Assembly (NCBI RefSeq): GCF_006345805.1
Contig: NC_043002.1
Coordinates: 48,670,001 to 48,734,000, forward strand
Direction of reading: 5' to 3'
Origin: Octopus sinensis
Taxonomy: Eukaryota
Length of the DNA: 64,000 nucleotides
Shown here: one piece after another, positions 62,957 to 64,000 of the stretch
Layout: every line of letters starts with the position of its first letter
Numbering within the stretch: the first letter of the stretch is position 1
Position numbers and translations under genes: made by a program
The notes under the pieces: model-generated
Told to the model about the DNA's origin: nothing
Databases searched by the model: none
Seen by the model: the letters and a program-made list of their open reading frames with translations, nothing else

Positions 62957-64000
62957 TCAGGTTGGTGCAAAGGTAATGGCTGATTTTTTAAAAACAGTTT
63001 TAGATAGTTTTTAAAAAATTCACAATGAGTAATTTATATATTTTTCTTTCAGATTCTGATTGCATTAGCCATAATCTTCTGCTATATTTGCACTCATGTT
63101 CGTCCCATTTAAAGATCACCTTAGATGTCTAATGTGATCTGACTCAATGAGTTTCATAAAGATGTCAATGCAAGCACAGCAGTAACGTCACTTCAGAAAG
63201 TTTATGGGATGATGTAGTGAATGAAAGAAGTTGCAAGAGATGGTTTTCTCACTTTAGAAGTGGGGATTTGAGTTTGTAAGACAAACCAAAAGAAGTTCGT
63301 TCAAAACTCCGAAGAGTTGGAAGCTGTTGTCAAAGAAAATTCAACTACTGTTTGTAGAGAGTTTGCAGAACAGTTTAACATAGCCCATACAACTGTTCTA
63401 CATCAACTAAAAAAGATCAAAAAGGTTTCAGTGGTTGGAAAATGGGTCCCACATGAATTGTCCCCAGAGGATCTGCAACAGTGTGTTGTTTGCTGTCAGT
63501 CATTGCTTTCACGACACCTTAAGGAACCAGTTTTAGGAAGGCTTGCTACAGCTGATGAGAAGTGGATCCTTTACTATAATGTTAAATGCTGCTGGTTGTA
63601 GATCAGTCTAGGAGGAAGACCTGTTCAACAACCAAGAGGAGGACTTCATCCAAGGAAGATCATGTTGAGTGTACGGTGGGATGTTGAAGGAATTGTCCAT
63701 TATGAACTGTTAGACAACAATCAATCAATTACTGCTGACCTCTGCTGTGTCAACTTCCTCGTTTGAAAGCTGCTTTGCACAGAAAACGACCCTGCTTAGT
63801 CAACAGAAAGGGTGTCATCTTCCACCATGATAATGCTCGTCCTCACATATCTCGACTGACCAAAGATCTCTTGGAAGAGCTTGGTTGGGAAATATTACTT
63901 CATCCTCCATATTCTCCAGACCTTGTTCCTTTTGATTATCACTTGTTTCGGTGACTACAGAACCATTTGAATGGTCTTAGATTGACATTAAGAGAAGAGG
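62957..64000 (+). mobile_element. Mariner DD34D transposon with pseudogenised transposase, running off the window end
   Basis: TA|TCAGGTTGGTGCAAAGGTAATGGC start; GKWVPHEL, TADEKWILY, and HDNARPH-x-HPPYSPDLVPFD with 34 residues between the 2nd and 3rd D; stops and frameshifts. Confidence 0.92.

Overview
AT-rich, repeat-dense eukaryotic genomic DNA. The repeat families and microsatellite load resemble an octopus or other coleoid cephalopod genome; this is inferred from memory, not from a database search. Most ORFs in the track are microsatellite or transposon noise, and there are no operons or CRISPR arrays. Two convergent, spliced protein-coding genes can be fully reconstructed with GT-AG introns and consistent phases. 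SURF6 (+ strand) has coding exons 18232-18388, 22422-22481 and 25286-25899 (276 aa). An RDH13-like short-chain dehydrogenase (- strand) has 7 coding exons from 35257 to 29589 (327 aa), and its catalytic YxxxK motif is replaced by FxxxH. The rest is transposon-derived: two mariner copies, a maT-like Tc1/mariner, a piggyBac deletion derivative, hAT-, Merlin- and pogo-like MITEs, RTE LINEs (one with a 539-aa RT ORF containing an embedded PHD-like finger), RLE-clade, CR1 and Penelope-like fragments, and many tRNA-derived SINEs. There is also one full-length 5S rRNA copy. The best leads are: (1) the probable pseudo-enzyme RDH13-like gene; (2) the 5S copy fused to a SINE-type 3' tail (a candidate 5S-derived SINE or chimeric retrocopy); (3) the PHD-like finger inside the RTE ORF; (4) long near-perfect foldback hairpins; (5) a nested element stack with a locally templated duplication between the two genes. 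I see no evidence for a wholly new multi-gene system.
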